In this document: positions 42,561 through 52,355 of the stretch, piece after piece
Layout of the letters: every line of letters begins with the position of its first letter
Numbering within the stretch: the first letter of the stretch is position 1
DNA from: Alphaproteobacteria bacterium
GTDB taxonomy: Bacteria > Pseudomonadota > Alphaproteobacteria > SP197
NCBI GenBank assembly: GCA_964291265.2
Contig: OZ219747.1
Location: forward strand, 3,040,001-3,104,000
DNA: 64,000 nucleotides
Direction of reading: 5' to 3'
Position numbers and translations under genes: made by a program
Notes under the pieces: model-generated
Seen by the model: only the letters and a program-made list of their open reading frames with translations
Database searches by the model: none
Told to the model about the DNA's origin: nothing

Positions 42561-43811
42561 ATGGCCGGTCGTGTTCCCGTTTGCCGACTCCGGCGCTTCC
42601 TGGCCGGCCTCGTGCTCTGCCTTCTTGCGAGTGTGACGGGTGCCGAAGCCGCCAAGGACACGACCTACTTCGTGATCGATGCCACCAACGGCAACGTGCT
42701 CGCCCAGCGCAAGCCGGACAAGGAGATGTACCCGGCCTCGCTCACCAAGATGATGACGCTCTATCTCATGTTCGAGGCACTCGAGAAGGGCACCATCACG
42801 CCCGGGACCCGGTTCACCTTCTCACGCAAGGCGAGCAATCAGGTACCGTCGAAACTCGGCATTCCCAGAGGTGGTTCGATCTCCGCCGAGGACGCCATCC
42901 TGGCCCTCGTCATCAAGTCGGCCAACGATGTTGCCGTGGCGGTCGCCGAGGGACTTGGCGGCACCGAGGAGGGGTTCACGTCCATGATGACGAAGAAGGC
43001 CCGTGAACTCGGCATGCGGCGCACGGTCTTCACCAACGCGTCGGGCCTGCATCGCCGGAGCATGATGTCGACAGCCCGTGACATGGCGGTGCTGTCCCTG
43101 CGCCTGCAGTTCGATTTTCCGGAGTACTACCCGCTCTTCTCCACCCGGTCGTTCACCTATGGCGACAGGACCTACGGGAGTCACAACAAGCTTCTGGGCA
43201 AGGTCGACGGCGTTGACGGCCTCAAGACCGGATACACCAGCGCGGCGGGGTGGAATCTGGCGGCGTCGGCCATCGTTGACGGCAGGCGCATCGTCGGAGT
43301 CGTGATCGGGGGCAAGGACCGACTTTCCCGGGACCGGCTCATGACGGACCTGATCCGGAGAGCCTTCGTGACGGCGGCTTCCGTCGACAGGGTCGTGCCC
43401 GTTCCATCGTCGCATCCACGGCGCGACGTGGCGGCGCGGTTCAGCGCCGCGCTCGACAGTGGCCGCGAGGATGACGCGCTTGTCGCGACCCTGGAGGAGA
43501 CGCTCGGGCTGGGTTCGCAAGATGTCGCCCTCGATGAGGGAAGCGCCGGCGATGATCGCAGGTGGGCCATTCAGGTAGGCGCCTTTTCCCGGCGCGACAA
43601 TGCAGTTCGCGCCAGCGTCGACACCGGCCGGGTCCTCGCGCCCTTGCTGGCTGACGACAGCGAGACCGTCCTGGCGACCGTCGAGACGGATGGGACCACG
43701 CTCTACAGGGTGCGCATTCTCAATCTCGGCGAGGGCCAGGCGCGGCAGAGCTGCCGCATTCTCAACCGCCATGATCGTCCCTGCTCGGTGATCTACGAGG
43801 GCGACTCCTGA
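42561..43811 (+). CDS. D-alanyl-D-alanine carboxypeptidase with C-terminal SPOR domain
   Basis: Signal peptide, SLTK, SAND, KTG; WAIQVGAF...LYRVR. Confidence 0.93.
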   Translation: MAGRVPVCRLRRFLAGLVLCLLASVTGAEAAKDTTYFVIDATNGNVLAQRKPDKEMYPASLTKMMTLYLMFEALEKGTITPGTRFTFSRKASNQVPSKLGIPRGGSISAEDAILALVIKSANDVAVAVAEGLGGTEEGFTSMMTKKARELGMRRTVFTNASGLHRRSMMSTARDMAVLSLRLQFDFPEYYPLFSTRSFTYGDRTYGSHNKLLGKVDGVDGLKTGYTSAAGWNLAASAIVDGRRIVGVVIGGKDRLSRDRLMTDLIRRAFVTAASVDRVVPVPSSHPRRDVAARFSAALDSGREDDALVATLEETLGLGSQDVALDEGSAGDDRRWAIQVGAFSRRDNAVRASVDTGRVLAPLLADDSETVLATVETDGTTLYRVRILNLGEGQARQSCRILNRHDRPCSVIYEGDS

Positions 43812-44038
43812 ACCATCCGGCGCGACATCGCTGCGAGCGATGGTCAGCGTTCGAGGGGCGGCATGGAACCGAGCGTATGCTGGCGAAACGCGGGACATGT
43901 GCGCAGCTGCCGCCGTCACCCTCATCATCGTCACCCCGTGAGCAAACGCTTGCGATCGATGGCACCCGACTCCTTGACGGTCCGGAGTCCGGCGCGGACG
44001 GGCGCCGGGGTCTCCTGACCGCCAGCGGCCGCTCCGCT

Positions 44039-45223
44039 TCAGGACAACCCGCGGAATTCCTCGCGGTCGTCCACTCTGCCGATCATGCGGCTGATGACAC
44101 GAGAGAGCGAGTCGGGAGTGAACTCGCACGCGTCTCCCCTGAGCATCACCAGGTTCTCGGGCTCGAAGCAAAGCGAGGTGATCGCCCTGACATCCCTCTC
44201 GCCGAGGCCCTCGAGCGCCAGATCGAATCCGCTATCGGCGAGGAAACGCCGATAGAGAGACGGCGCCTGCAGCGCCGCTGCTCCCTCCGGCCCGCCAAGA
44301 GCCGCGGCGACGGCCGAATAGGCGTCAGCTGCGGCTTCGGCCGAGTGTTCCATGGTGGCGGCAAGGGCAAGGCCGACGGCGCGTCCGTGGTGAAGTCCGG
44401 CATGGTGTCCCAGGGCGTGGCCGATGGCATGGGCGACGGCGACTCCGGTCACGTCGAAGGCGATACCGGCCAGTGCGGCGGCAATCTGGACGTGACCGCG
44501 CGCTTCGCTGCAGGCCGGATTGCGCACGGCCTCCGGGAGCCACGCGCGCAGTGTCCTGATGGCGCCGAGCGCCATGGCCGAGGACACCGGATTGCGCCGT
44601 CGACAGGTTGCCGATTCGATCGCATGGACCATGGCGTCGATTCCCGTTGCGGCAGTCAGTGGCGCCGGCAGGGTCACGGTGAGGAGCGGGTCGAGCAGGG
44701 CGAGGTCGAATCGCAGGCTCTCTCCCCAGGCCCACAGCTTGCGCTCTCCCGTGCTGAAAACCGAGGTGCGCGTCACCTCGGATCCGGTACCTGCCGTGGT
44801 GGGCACGGCGATCTTGGGAAGTCCCCCGGCAGGCACGGGCGTTCCGCCAAGGGCAAAGGTCACCGCATCCCGGCCGTCAGGTGCAAGGCAGGAGGCCAGC
44901 TTGGCGGCATCGAGCGTCGAACCGCCTCCCATGGCAACGATGCAGGCGGCCCGGCGCGACCGGGCCTGTTCCGAGATGGCATCGACGGTCTCGGCTGCGG
45001 GGTCGCTGGCGATGTCGCTGAAGACACTGCAGCCATGCCCGACCTCATCGAGAGCACAGGCGGCGCGTTCGGCAAGGCCGTTGCCGGTGTGAACAGGGTC
45101 GACCACGAGGAGGACTTCGGCGCCATCGCCGGCAAGGCGTCCGACATCGCGGCCGAGCCTTGTCAGGCGATTGTCGCCGAAGGCCAGCGGTACCGGTGCC
45201 GTGAAGCTGAATGATGGAGGCAT
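44039..45223 (-). CDS. Iron-containing alcohol dehydrogenase
   Basis: GGGSTLDAAK, PTTAGTGSE, DAMVHAIE, AHAIGH, HHG. Confidence 0.93.
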   Translation of the reverse strand: MPPSFSFTAPVPLAFGDNRLTRLGRDVGRLAGDGAEVLLVVDPVHTGNGLAERAACALDEVGHGCSVFSDIASDPAAETVDAISEQARSRRAACIVAMGGGSTLDAAKLASCLAPDGRDAVTFALGGTPVPAGGLPKIAVPTTAGTGSEVTRTSVFSTGERKLWAWGESLRFDLALLDPLLTVTLPAPLTAATGIDAMVHAIESATCRRRNPVSSAMALGAIRTLRAWLPEAVRNPACSEARGHVQIAAALAGIAFDVTGVAVAHAIGHALGHHAGLHHGRAVGLALAATMEHSAEAAADAYSAVAAALGGPEGAAALQAPSLYRRFLADSGFDLALEGLGERDVRAITSLCFEPENLVMLRGDACEFTPDSLSRVISRMIGRVDDREEFRGLS

Positions 45224-45300
45224 GGGAAGTCACAGGATGTCCGATGTCGGTTGCCTTATGATGGATGGAATCCCCTGCGTCAAACAGCCTTTCACACGTC

Positions 45301-45373
45301 ATTGTGCAGTGCACAATTATCTCTTGACGACGCCCACCAACGTGCCTATATCGGTCATGTTGCAGTGCAACAT
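45301..45373 (+). promoter_or_regulatory. Sigma70 promoter of the phasin gene flanked by two palindromic operators (likely PhaR sites)
   Basis: CTTGAC(45323)-N17-CTATAT(45346). Perfect palindromes ATTGTGCAgTGCACAAT (45301-45317) and ATGTTGCAgTGCAACAT (45357-45373), each with a TGC-N3-GCA core. Confidence 0.8.
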
Positions 45374-45405
45374 CAACGGCCAAGGAGCCAGAGAGGAGAT
45401 CAGAC

Positions 45406-45942
45406 ATGGCGAATGCCAGGACAACCGGCGAGACATCGCAGGTCGCGGGTGTGGATGAGGTGATCGAGACCGGGTTCAGGGTCTCGGAGGACGTCGTGAA
45501 GGGCAACACCGATGCCACCAGGAAGGGTTTCGAGACCATGGTCACCATGGGTCGTGATGCGTTCGACAGCGCCGCCCGGACAGGTGGCGACGACACCGTT
45601 CTCGGACAGATCAACGACATGCGGCGCGCCAACTTCGAAGCGATGGTGGAAGCCGGCGCCACGTTCATCAAGGGTGTCGAGGGATTCAACGGCCGCGTCC
45701 TCGAGATCGCCAGGAGGCGGGTTGCCGAAGGCGCCGAGACCCGCAAGGCGCTCGCCGGTGCGAAGTCGTTCGGCGAAGCGGTCGAGATCCAGCAAGGTTA
45801 CGTGCGCAAGACCCTTGACCATGCCATTCAGGACAGCATGGACATGACGACTGCCTGGCTGCGCATCGCTGCCGAGAGCGGCCAGCCGCTCGGCCAGCGG
45901 TTCACCGATGCCTGGAGCCGGGCTGTTCGCCAGACTGCCTGA
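45406..45942 (+). CDS. phaP: Phasin family protein
   Basis: RANFEAMVEAG...KALAGAKSFGEAVEIQQGYVR; GGAG RBS; position upstream of clpS-clpA. Confidence 0.85.
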   Translation: MANARTTGETSQVAGVDEVIETGFRVSEDVVKGNTDATRKGFETMVTMGRDAFDSAARTGGDDTVLGQINDMRRANFEAMVEAGATFIKGVEGFNGRVLEIARRRVAEGAETRKALAGAKSFGEAVEIQQGYVRKTLDHAIQDSMDMTTAWLRIAAESGQPLGQRFTDAWSRAVRQTA

Positions 45943-46489
45943 TTGAGCGTTCCTTTCGAACAGCGCCCCCGCAGGGTCATGAAGACCCGGCGGGAGTGTT
46001 GGCGTTCGGAAACAGGCCGGGCGGGCGGCGAGGCCTTCGAGGACGCCCGATTCCCGTGCAGGGCACGGGCTGCGATGTTCGCACTCCCCTCAGTCCATTC
46101 GAATCCACGAACGCATCGGTGGTCCTGCCGGCAGCCATCGGAATGGCGGCTGGGAGAAGAGCGCGCGTCTCCGGTAGTCTGCGAGGATTCCAGAAATCTG
46201 CCGCTCCGGTCAGCACGCACCGGATGAGTAAGCGTTCGGCCGTGCGGTGACGGCCGATTTTGGTTGGTTTTGGGATTTGCTGACAACCGTCTGAGAAAGT
46301 GCTGGCAAGCATCCTCAACCGGTGAATATCACCAACAATCATCGCGCGACCGACCGCTTACCCCGAAGCCCTATTGGCAGGAAAGGACGCCCGGGAGACC
46401 TCAAGCACGATGACCTGCAAGCGTGCGGTCTTGCCCCGGTTTTCGCTCGGCATTCTCTCAGGCGCCGTCATCCCCTCATGAGCGAACGC

Positions 46490-46876
46490 TTACCGCTGCC
46501 TGGGCCTGGCGGCCAGCACATCATCAAGACTTGGGGCGGCCAGCACCGCCTCCGCCCAGGCTTCCAGTTCGGCGGACGAGGCGTTGCGGACCCGCTCGCG
46601 GACCGCATCCGGCACATCACCGAAGCGCAAGGACAGTTGACGAAGAAGAAGTTCCGCGAGGGCCTCGCTCCGGCCTCGTTCGAGTCCCCTCTGGAGTCCC
46701 CTCTCGATACCCTCGGCTCGTCCTCTCTCGATACCCTCGGCTCTTCCCCTCTCGATACCCTCGGCTCTTCCTCTCTCGATACCCTCGGCTCTTCCCCTCT
46801 CGAGTCCCTCGGCTCTTCCCCTCTCGAGTCCCTCGGATCTTCCCTGTTCGACCCAGGTTTGTGCGATCGTGCCCAT
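46490..46876 (-). CDS. Putative internal in-frame small protein (RpnS-like antitoxin) of copy 1, 128 aa
   Basis: GGAGG-TGTTG-ATG GGC ACG inside the rpn ORF. Equivalent ORFs at 48107-48517, 49749-50051 and 51285-51575. Confidence 0.65.
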   Translation of the reverse strand: MGTIAQTWVEQGRSEGLERGRAEGLERGRAEGIERGRAEGIERGRAEGIERGRAEGIERGLQRGLERGRSEALAELLLRQLSLRFGDVPDAVRERVRNASSAELEAWAEAVLAAPSLDDVLAARPRQR

Positions 46877-47671
46877 CAACACCTCCCAATGGTCCGGCTT
46901 CGTCCGGCGCAAAGACGCCTCCAGCATGGCCGGCGTCAGGCCCTTGTGCTCGGTCATGTAGCGCACAATATGGTGCTCGAAGTCGCTCCCTGCAAGCAGC
47001 CCGTCCATGATCACGTCGAGAAGATCGGGCGGTACCTCCTCGGCAAAGGCAAACCTGAGCGCCAGAAGAGCGGACCGCACCTCGGGCGAGGTCGACGGCC
47101 GGTCCGGCGCCATCTCCCCGAGGTCGTGCACCACATAGGCGAACTCCCTGACGAACGACTTCAGCTTCTCGGGCGCGTCGATCATCTTCAGCACCGAGCG
47201 CGCCGCCTTCCAGCGCCCCCGGCCGTGATAGAAGACCAGGGGGATGATCGCCGGCAGCTTGATGTCGTTCCCGCCGCCCTCGCTCTTGCTCCGCTCGCTC
47301 TTGCTCCGCTCGATCTCGCGCCGCCAGATGTTGACCATGTATCCCAGAAGCTGGAGCGGCGTCTCGGCGTCGACGTAGCTCTTGTGTTCGAGCAGCACGT
47401 AAAGGCGCGCATCTTTGCCGTCCTTCAATCTCACCCGGAACAGCGCATCGCACTGGGTGGTACGGGCGGCCTTGTCGACGAAACTCTCCCCAACCGCCTC
47501 GAACGGCGCCTCGGGATCGAGGAGTTCAGCCACCTTCCGCGGCAGGTAGTCGGTGAGCAGAGAAGCGGCACGGGACGGTTCGGAGACCAGTGCCCGGAAC
47601 AGCGTATCGTGTCGATTCACCGGAAGTCTCACCGAGCGAGACCCCGGCGTTTCAACGGGCATCGTGCTCAC
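46490..47671 (-). CDS. Rpn/YhgA-family PD-(D/E)XK nuclease, copy 1 (DUF4351-like C-terminus)
   Basis: HDTLF, SFVD, CDALF, YVLLEHKS, LPAIIPLVFYHG, LMGTIAQTW, (GRAEGIER)n, LLRQLSLRFG...LEAWAE. Exact start uncertain. Confidence 0.92.
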   Translation of the reverse strand: MSTMPVETPGSRSVRLPVNRHDTLFRALVSEPSRAASLLTDYLPRKVAELLDPEAPFEAVGESFVDKAARTTQCDALFRVRLKDGKDARLYVLLEHKSYVDAETPLQLLGYMVNIWRREIERSKSERSKSEGGGNDIKLPAIIPLVFYHGRGRWKAARSVLKMIDAPEKLKSFVREFAYVVHDLGEMAPDRPSTSPEVRSALLALRFAFAEEVPPDLLDVIMDGLLAGSDFEHHIVRYMTEHKGLTPAMLEASLRRTKPDHWEVLMGTIAQTWVEQGRSEGLERGRAEGLERGRAEGIERGRAEGIERGRAEGIERGRAEGIERGLQRGLERGRSEALAELLLRQLSLRFGDVPDAVRERVRNASSAELEAWAEAVLAAPSLDDVLAARPRQR

Positions 47672-48106
47672 GGGTTGGAAGGGGGAAGGTGTTCGTCATG
47701 GCGGCACCCTACGCCGAACAGCACCAAGGCGGCAATCGCGGCGCCTGACCCGGGGTGAGGCCTGCCAGGCGTCAAGACCTCGATGGCGCTTGTTCCTCAG
47801 GTCGCCGCCATGCCCGTACTTCACTCGGGTGGCCTCAGCCCAAGCTATGGCCCCTCCCTATGCTGGGTTGTGGAACTGATAGAAGACCAGTGATCACCCG
47901 CGATTTTGGCAACAAACTTCAAGGTCACCAACCCGCCCTCGTCCCCGCCTTCGATACCTCAAGACCGCTTCGCTGCCTGCCGAAGCCATAGTGGCAGGAA
48001 AGGACGCCCGGGAGACCTCATGCACGATGACCTGCAAGCGTCCGGTCTTGCCCCGGTTTTCGCTCGGCATTCTCCCAAGCGCTGTCATCCCCTCATGAGC
48101 GAACGC

Positions 48107-49313
48107 TTACCGCTGCCTGGGCCTGGCGGCCAGCACATCATCAAGACTTGGGGCAGCCAGCACCGCCTCCGCCCAGGCCTCCAGTTCGGCGGCCGACGCG
48201 CCGCGCACCCGCTCGCGGACCGCATCCGGCACATCACCGAAGCGCAGGGACAGTTGACGAAGAAGAAGTTCCGCGAGGGCCTCGCTCCGGCCTCGTTCGA
48301 GTCCCCTCTGGAGTCCCCTCTCGAGTCCCTCGGCTCTTCCTCTCTCGATCCCTTCGGCTCTTCCTCTCTCGATACCCTCGGCTCTTCCTCTCTCGATACC
48401 CTCGGCTCTTCCTCTCTCGATACCCTCGGCTCTTCCTCTCTCGATACCCTCGGCTCTTCCCCTCTCGATACCCTCGGCTCTTCCCTGTTCGACCCAGGTT
48501 TGTGCGATCGTGCCCATCAACACCTCCCAATGGTCCGGCTTCGTCCGGCGCAGTGACGCCTCCAGCATGGCCGGCGTCAGGCCCTTGTGCTCGGTCATGT
48601 AGCGCACAATATGGTGCTCGAAGTCGCTCCCTGCAAGCAGCCCGTCCATGATCACGTCGAGAAGATCGGGCGGTACCTCCTCGGCAAAGGCAAACCTGAG
48701 CGCCAGAAGAGCGGACCGCACCTCGGGCGAGGTCGACGGCCGGTCCGGCGCCATCTCCCCGAGGTCGTGCACCACATAGGCGAACTCCCTGACGAACGAC
48801 TTCAGCTTCTCGGGCGCGTCGATCATCTTCAGCACCGAGCGCGCCGCCTTCCAGCGACCCCGGCCGTGATAGAAGACCAGGGGGATGATCGCCGGCAGCT
48901 TGATGTCGTTCCCGCCGCCCTCGCTCTTGCTCCGCTCGCTCTTGCTCCGCTCGATCTCGCGCCGCCAGATGTTGACCATGTATCCCAGAAGCTGGAGCGG
49001 CGTCTCGGCGTCGACGTAGCTCTTGTGTTCGAGCAGCACGTAGAGGCTTAGCATCTTGGCCGTCCTTCAATCTCACCCGGAACAGCGCATCGCACTGGGT
49101 GGTACGGGCGGCCTTGTCGACGAAACTCTCCCCAACCGCCTCGAACGGCGCCTCGGGATCGAGGAGTTCAGCCACCTTCCGCGGCAGGTAGTCGGTGAGC
49201 AGAGAAGCGGCACGGGACGGTTCGGAGACCAGTGCCCGGAACAGCGTATCGTGTCGATTCACCGGAAGTCTCACCGAGCGAGACCCCGGCGTTTCAACGG
49301 GCATCGTGCTCAC
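48107..49313 (-). pseudogene. Rpn-family nuclease copy 2, frameshifted; C-terminal small ORF intact
   Basis: At ~49048 'GGCTTAGCATCTTGG' replaces 'GGCGCGCATCTTTG' (+1 nt), splitting the gene just before YVLLEHKS. Confidence 0.88.
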
Positions 49314-49748
49314 GGGTTGGAAGGGGGAAGGTGTTCGTCATGGCGGCACCCTACGCCGAACAGCACCAAGGCGGCAATCGCGGCGCCTGACCCGGGGTGA
49401 GGCCTGCCAGGCGTCAAGACCTCGATGGCGCTTGTTCCTCAGGTCGCCGCCATGCCCGTACTTCACTCGGGTGGCCTCAGCCCAAGCTATGGCCCCTCCC
49501 TATGCTGGGTTGTGGAACTGATAGAAGACCAGTGATCACCCGCGATTTTGGCAACAAACTTCAAGGTCACCAACCCGCCCTCGTCCCCGCCTTCGATACC
49601 TCAAGACCGCTTCGCTGCCTGCCGAAGCCATAGTGGCAGGAAAGGACGCCCGGGAGACCTCATGCACGATGACCTGCAAGCGTCCGATCTTGCCCCGGTT
49701 TTCGCTCGGCACTCTCTCAGGCGCCGTCATCCCCTCATGAGCGAACGC

Positions 49749-50846
49749 TTACCGTTGCCTGGGCCTGGCGGCCAGTACATCATCAAGACTTGGGGCGGCC
49801 AGCACCGCCTCCGCCCAGGCTTCCAGTTCGGCGGCCGACGCGCCGCGCACCCGCTCGCGGACCGCATCCGGCACATCACCGAAGCGCAGGGACAGTTGAC
49901 GAAGAAGAAGTTCCGCGAGGGCCTCGCTCCGGCCTCGTTCGAGTCCCCTCTCGATACCCTCGGCTCTTCCTCTCTCGATACCCTCGGCTCTTCCCCTCTC
50001 GATACCCTCGGCTCTTCCCTGTTCGACCCAGGTTTGTGCGATCGTGCCCATCAACACCTCCCAATGGTCCGGCTTCGTCCGGCGCAAAGACGCCTCCAGC
50101 ATGGCCGGCGTCAGGCCCTTGTGCTCGGTCATATAGCGCACAATATGATGCTCGAAGTCGCTCCCTGCAAGCAGCCCGTCCATGATCACGTCGAGAAGAT
50201 CGGGCGGTACCTCCTCGGCAAAGGCAAACCTGAGCGCCAGAAGAGCGGACCGCACCTCGGGCGAGGTCGACGGCCGGTCCGGCGCCATCACCCCGAGGTC
50301 GTGCACCACATAGGCGAACTCCCTGACGAACGACTTCAGCTTCTCGGGCGCGTCGATCATCTTCAGCACCGAGCGCGCCGCCTTCCAGCGACCCCGGCCG
50401 TGATAGAAGACCAGGGGGATGATCGCCGGCAGCTTGATGTCGTTCCCGCCGCCCTCGCTCTTGCTCCGCTCGCTCTTGCTCCGCTCGATCTCGCGCCGCC
50501 AGATGTTGACCATGTATCCCAGAAGCTGGAGCGGCGTCTCGGCGTCGACCTGGCTCTTATGTTCGAGCAGCACGTAGAGGCGCGCATCTTTGCCGTCCTT
50601 CAATCTCACCCGGAACAGCGCATCGCACTGGGTGGTACGGGCGGCCTTGTCGACGAAACTCTCCCCAACCGCCTCGAACGGCGCCTCGGGATCGAGGAGT
50701 TCAGCCACCTTCCGCGGCAGGTAGTCGGTGAGCAGAGAAGCGGCACGGGACGGTTCGGAGACCAGTGCCCGGAACAGCGTATCGTGTCGATTCACCGGAA
50801 GTCTCACCGAGCGAGACCCCGGCGTTACAACGGGCATCGTGCTCAC
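49749..50846 (-). CDS. Rpn-family nuclease copy 3
   Basis: Near-identical to copy 1; 3 octapeptide repeats; EHKSQ variant. Confidence 0.92.
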   Translation of the reverse strand: MSTMPVVTPGSRSVRLPVNRHDTLFRALVSEPSRAASLLTDYLPRKVAELLDPEAPFEAVGESFVDKAARTTQCDALFRVRLKDGKDARLYVLLEHKSQVDAETPLQLLGYMVNIWRREIERSKSERSKSEGGGNDIKLPAIIPLVFYHGRGRWKAARSVLKMIDAPEKLKSFVREFAYVVHDLGVMAPDRPSTSPEVRSALLALRFAFAEEVPPDLLDVIMDGLLAGSDFEHHIVRYMTEHKGLTPAMLEASLRRTKPDHWEVLMGTIAQTWVEQGRAEGIERGRAEGIERGRAEGIERGLERGRSEALAELLLRQLSLRFGDVPDAVRERVRGASAAELEAWAEAVLAAPSLDDVLAARPRQR

Positions 50847-51284
50847 GGGCTGGAAGAGGGAAGGTGTTCGTCATGGCGGCACCCTACGCCGAACAGCACC
50901 AGGGCGGCAATCGCGGCGCCTGACCCGGGGTGAGGCCTGCCAGGCGTCAAGACCTCGATGGCGCTTGTTCCTCAGGTCGCCGCCATGCCCCCGTACTTCA
51001 CTCGGGTGGCCTCAGCCCAAGCTATGGCCCCTCCCTATGCTGGGTTGTGGAACTGATAGAAGACCAGTGATCACCCGCGATTTTGGCAACAAACTTCAAG
51101 GTCACCAACCCGCCCTCGTCCCCGCCTTCGATACCTCCAAGACCGCTTCGCTGCCTGCCGAAGCCGTATTGGCAGGAAAGGACACCCGGGAGACATCATG
51201 CACGATGACCTGCAAGCGTCCGGTCTTGCCCCGGTTTTCGCTCGGCATTCTCCCAAGCGCTGTCATCCCCTCATGAGCGAACGC

Positions 51285-52355
51285 TTACCGCTGCCTGGGC
51301 CTGGCGGCCAGCACATCATCAAGACTTGGGGCAGCCAGCACCGCCTCCGCCCAGGCCTCCAGTTCGGCGGCCGACGCGCCGCGCACCCGCTCGCGGACCG
51401 CATCCGGCACATCACCGAAGCGCAGGGACAGTTGACGAAGAAGAAGTTCCGCGAGGGCCTCGCTCCGGCCTCGTTCGAGTCCCCTCTGGAGTCCCCTCTC
51501 GAGTCCCTCGGCTCTTCCCCTCTCGATACCCTCGGCTCTTCCCTGTTCGACCCAGGTTTGTGCGATCGTGCCCATCAACACCTCCCAATGGTCCGGCTTC
51601 GTCCGGCGCAAAGACGCCTCCAGCATGGCCGGCGTCAGGCCCTTGTGCTCGGTCATGTAGCGCACAATATGGTGCTCGAAGTCGCTCCCTGCAAGCAGCC
51701 CGTCCATGATCACGTCGAGAAGATCGGGCGGTACCTCCTCGGCAAAGGCAAACCTGAGCGCCAGAAGAGCGGACCGCACCTCGGGCGAGGTCGACGGCCG
51801 GTCCGGCGCCATCTCCCCGAGGTCGTGCACCACATAGGCGAACTCCCTGACGAACGACTTCAGCTTCTCGGGCGCGTCGATCATCTTCAGCACCGAGCGC
51901 GCCGCCTTCCAGCGACCCCGGCCGTGATAGAAGACCAGGGGGATGATCGCCGGCAGCTTGATGTCGTTCCCGCCGCCCTCGCTCTTGCTCCGCTCGATCT
52001 CGCGCCGCCAGATGTTGACCATGTATCCCAGGAGCTGGAGCGGCGTCTCGGCGTCGACGTAGCTCTTATGTTCGAGCAGCACGTAGAGGCGCGCATCTTT
52101 GCCGTCCTTCAATCTCACCCGGAACAGCGCATCGCACTGGGTGGTACGGGCGGCCTTGTCGACGAAACTGCCCTCGACCGCCTCCGGCTGCGCCTTGGGG
52201 TCGAGGAGGTCAGCCACCTTCCGCGGCAGGTAGTCGGTGAGCAGAGAAGCGGCACGGGACGGTTCGGAGACCAGTGCCCGGAACAGCGCATCGTGCCGAT
52301 TCACCGGAAGTCTCACCGAGCGAGACCCCGGCGTTTCAACGGGCATCGCGCTCAC
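51285..52355 (-). CDS. Rpn-family nuclease copy 4
   Basis: Near-identical; 2 octapeptide repeats; distinct DPKAQPEAVEGS patch; one fewer SKSER unit. Confidence 0.92.
   Translation of the reverse strand: MSAMPVETPGSRSVRLPVNRHDALFRALVSEPSRAASLLTDYLPRKVADLLDPKAQPEAVEGSFVDKAARTTQCDALFRVRLKDGKDARLYVLLEHKSYVDAETPLQLLGYMVNIWRREIERSKSEGGGNDIKLPAIIPLVFYHGRGRWKAARSVLKMIDAPEKLKSFVREFAYVVHDLGEMAPDRPSTSPEVRSALLALRFAFAEEVPPDLLDVIMDGLLAGSDFEHHIVRYMTEHKGLTPAMLEASLRRTKPDHWEVLMGTIAQTWVEQGRAEGIERGRAEGLERGLQRGLERGRSEALAELLLRQLSLRFGDVPDAVRERVRGASAAELEAWAEAVLAAPSLDDVLAARPRQR

Noticed and set aside
46236-46270. Hairpin plus T-rich tail as the phasin terminator
   Set aside because: It is ~300 bp past the phasin stop and lies inside the element's left end; it may terminate read-through but cannot be called a native terminator.
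46690-46845. 24-bp tandem repeats resembling a CRISPR array
   Set aside because: No unique spacers and no cas genes; they are in-frame GRAEGIER coding repeats.
46490-52355. Rpn proteins as the element's own transposase
   Set aside because: The ends and 8-bp TSD match IS66 DDE chemistry, and Rpn proteins have not been shown to transpose. Not excluded, but unsupported.
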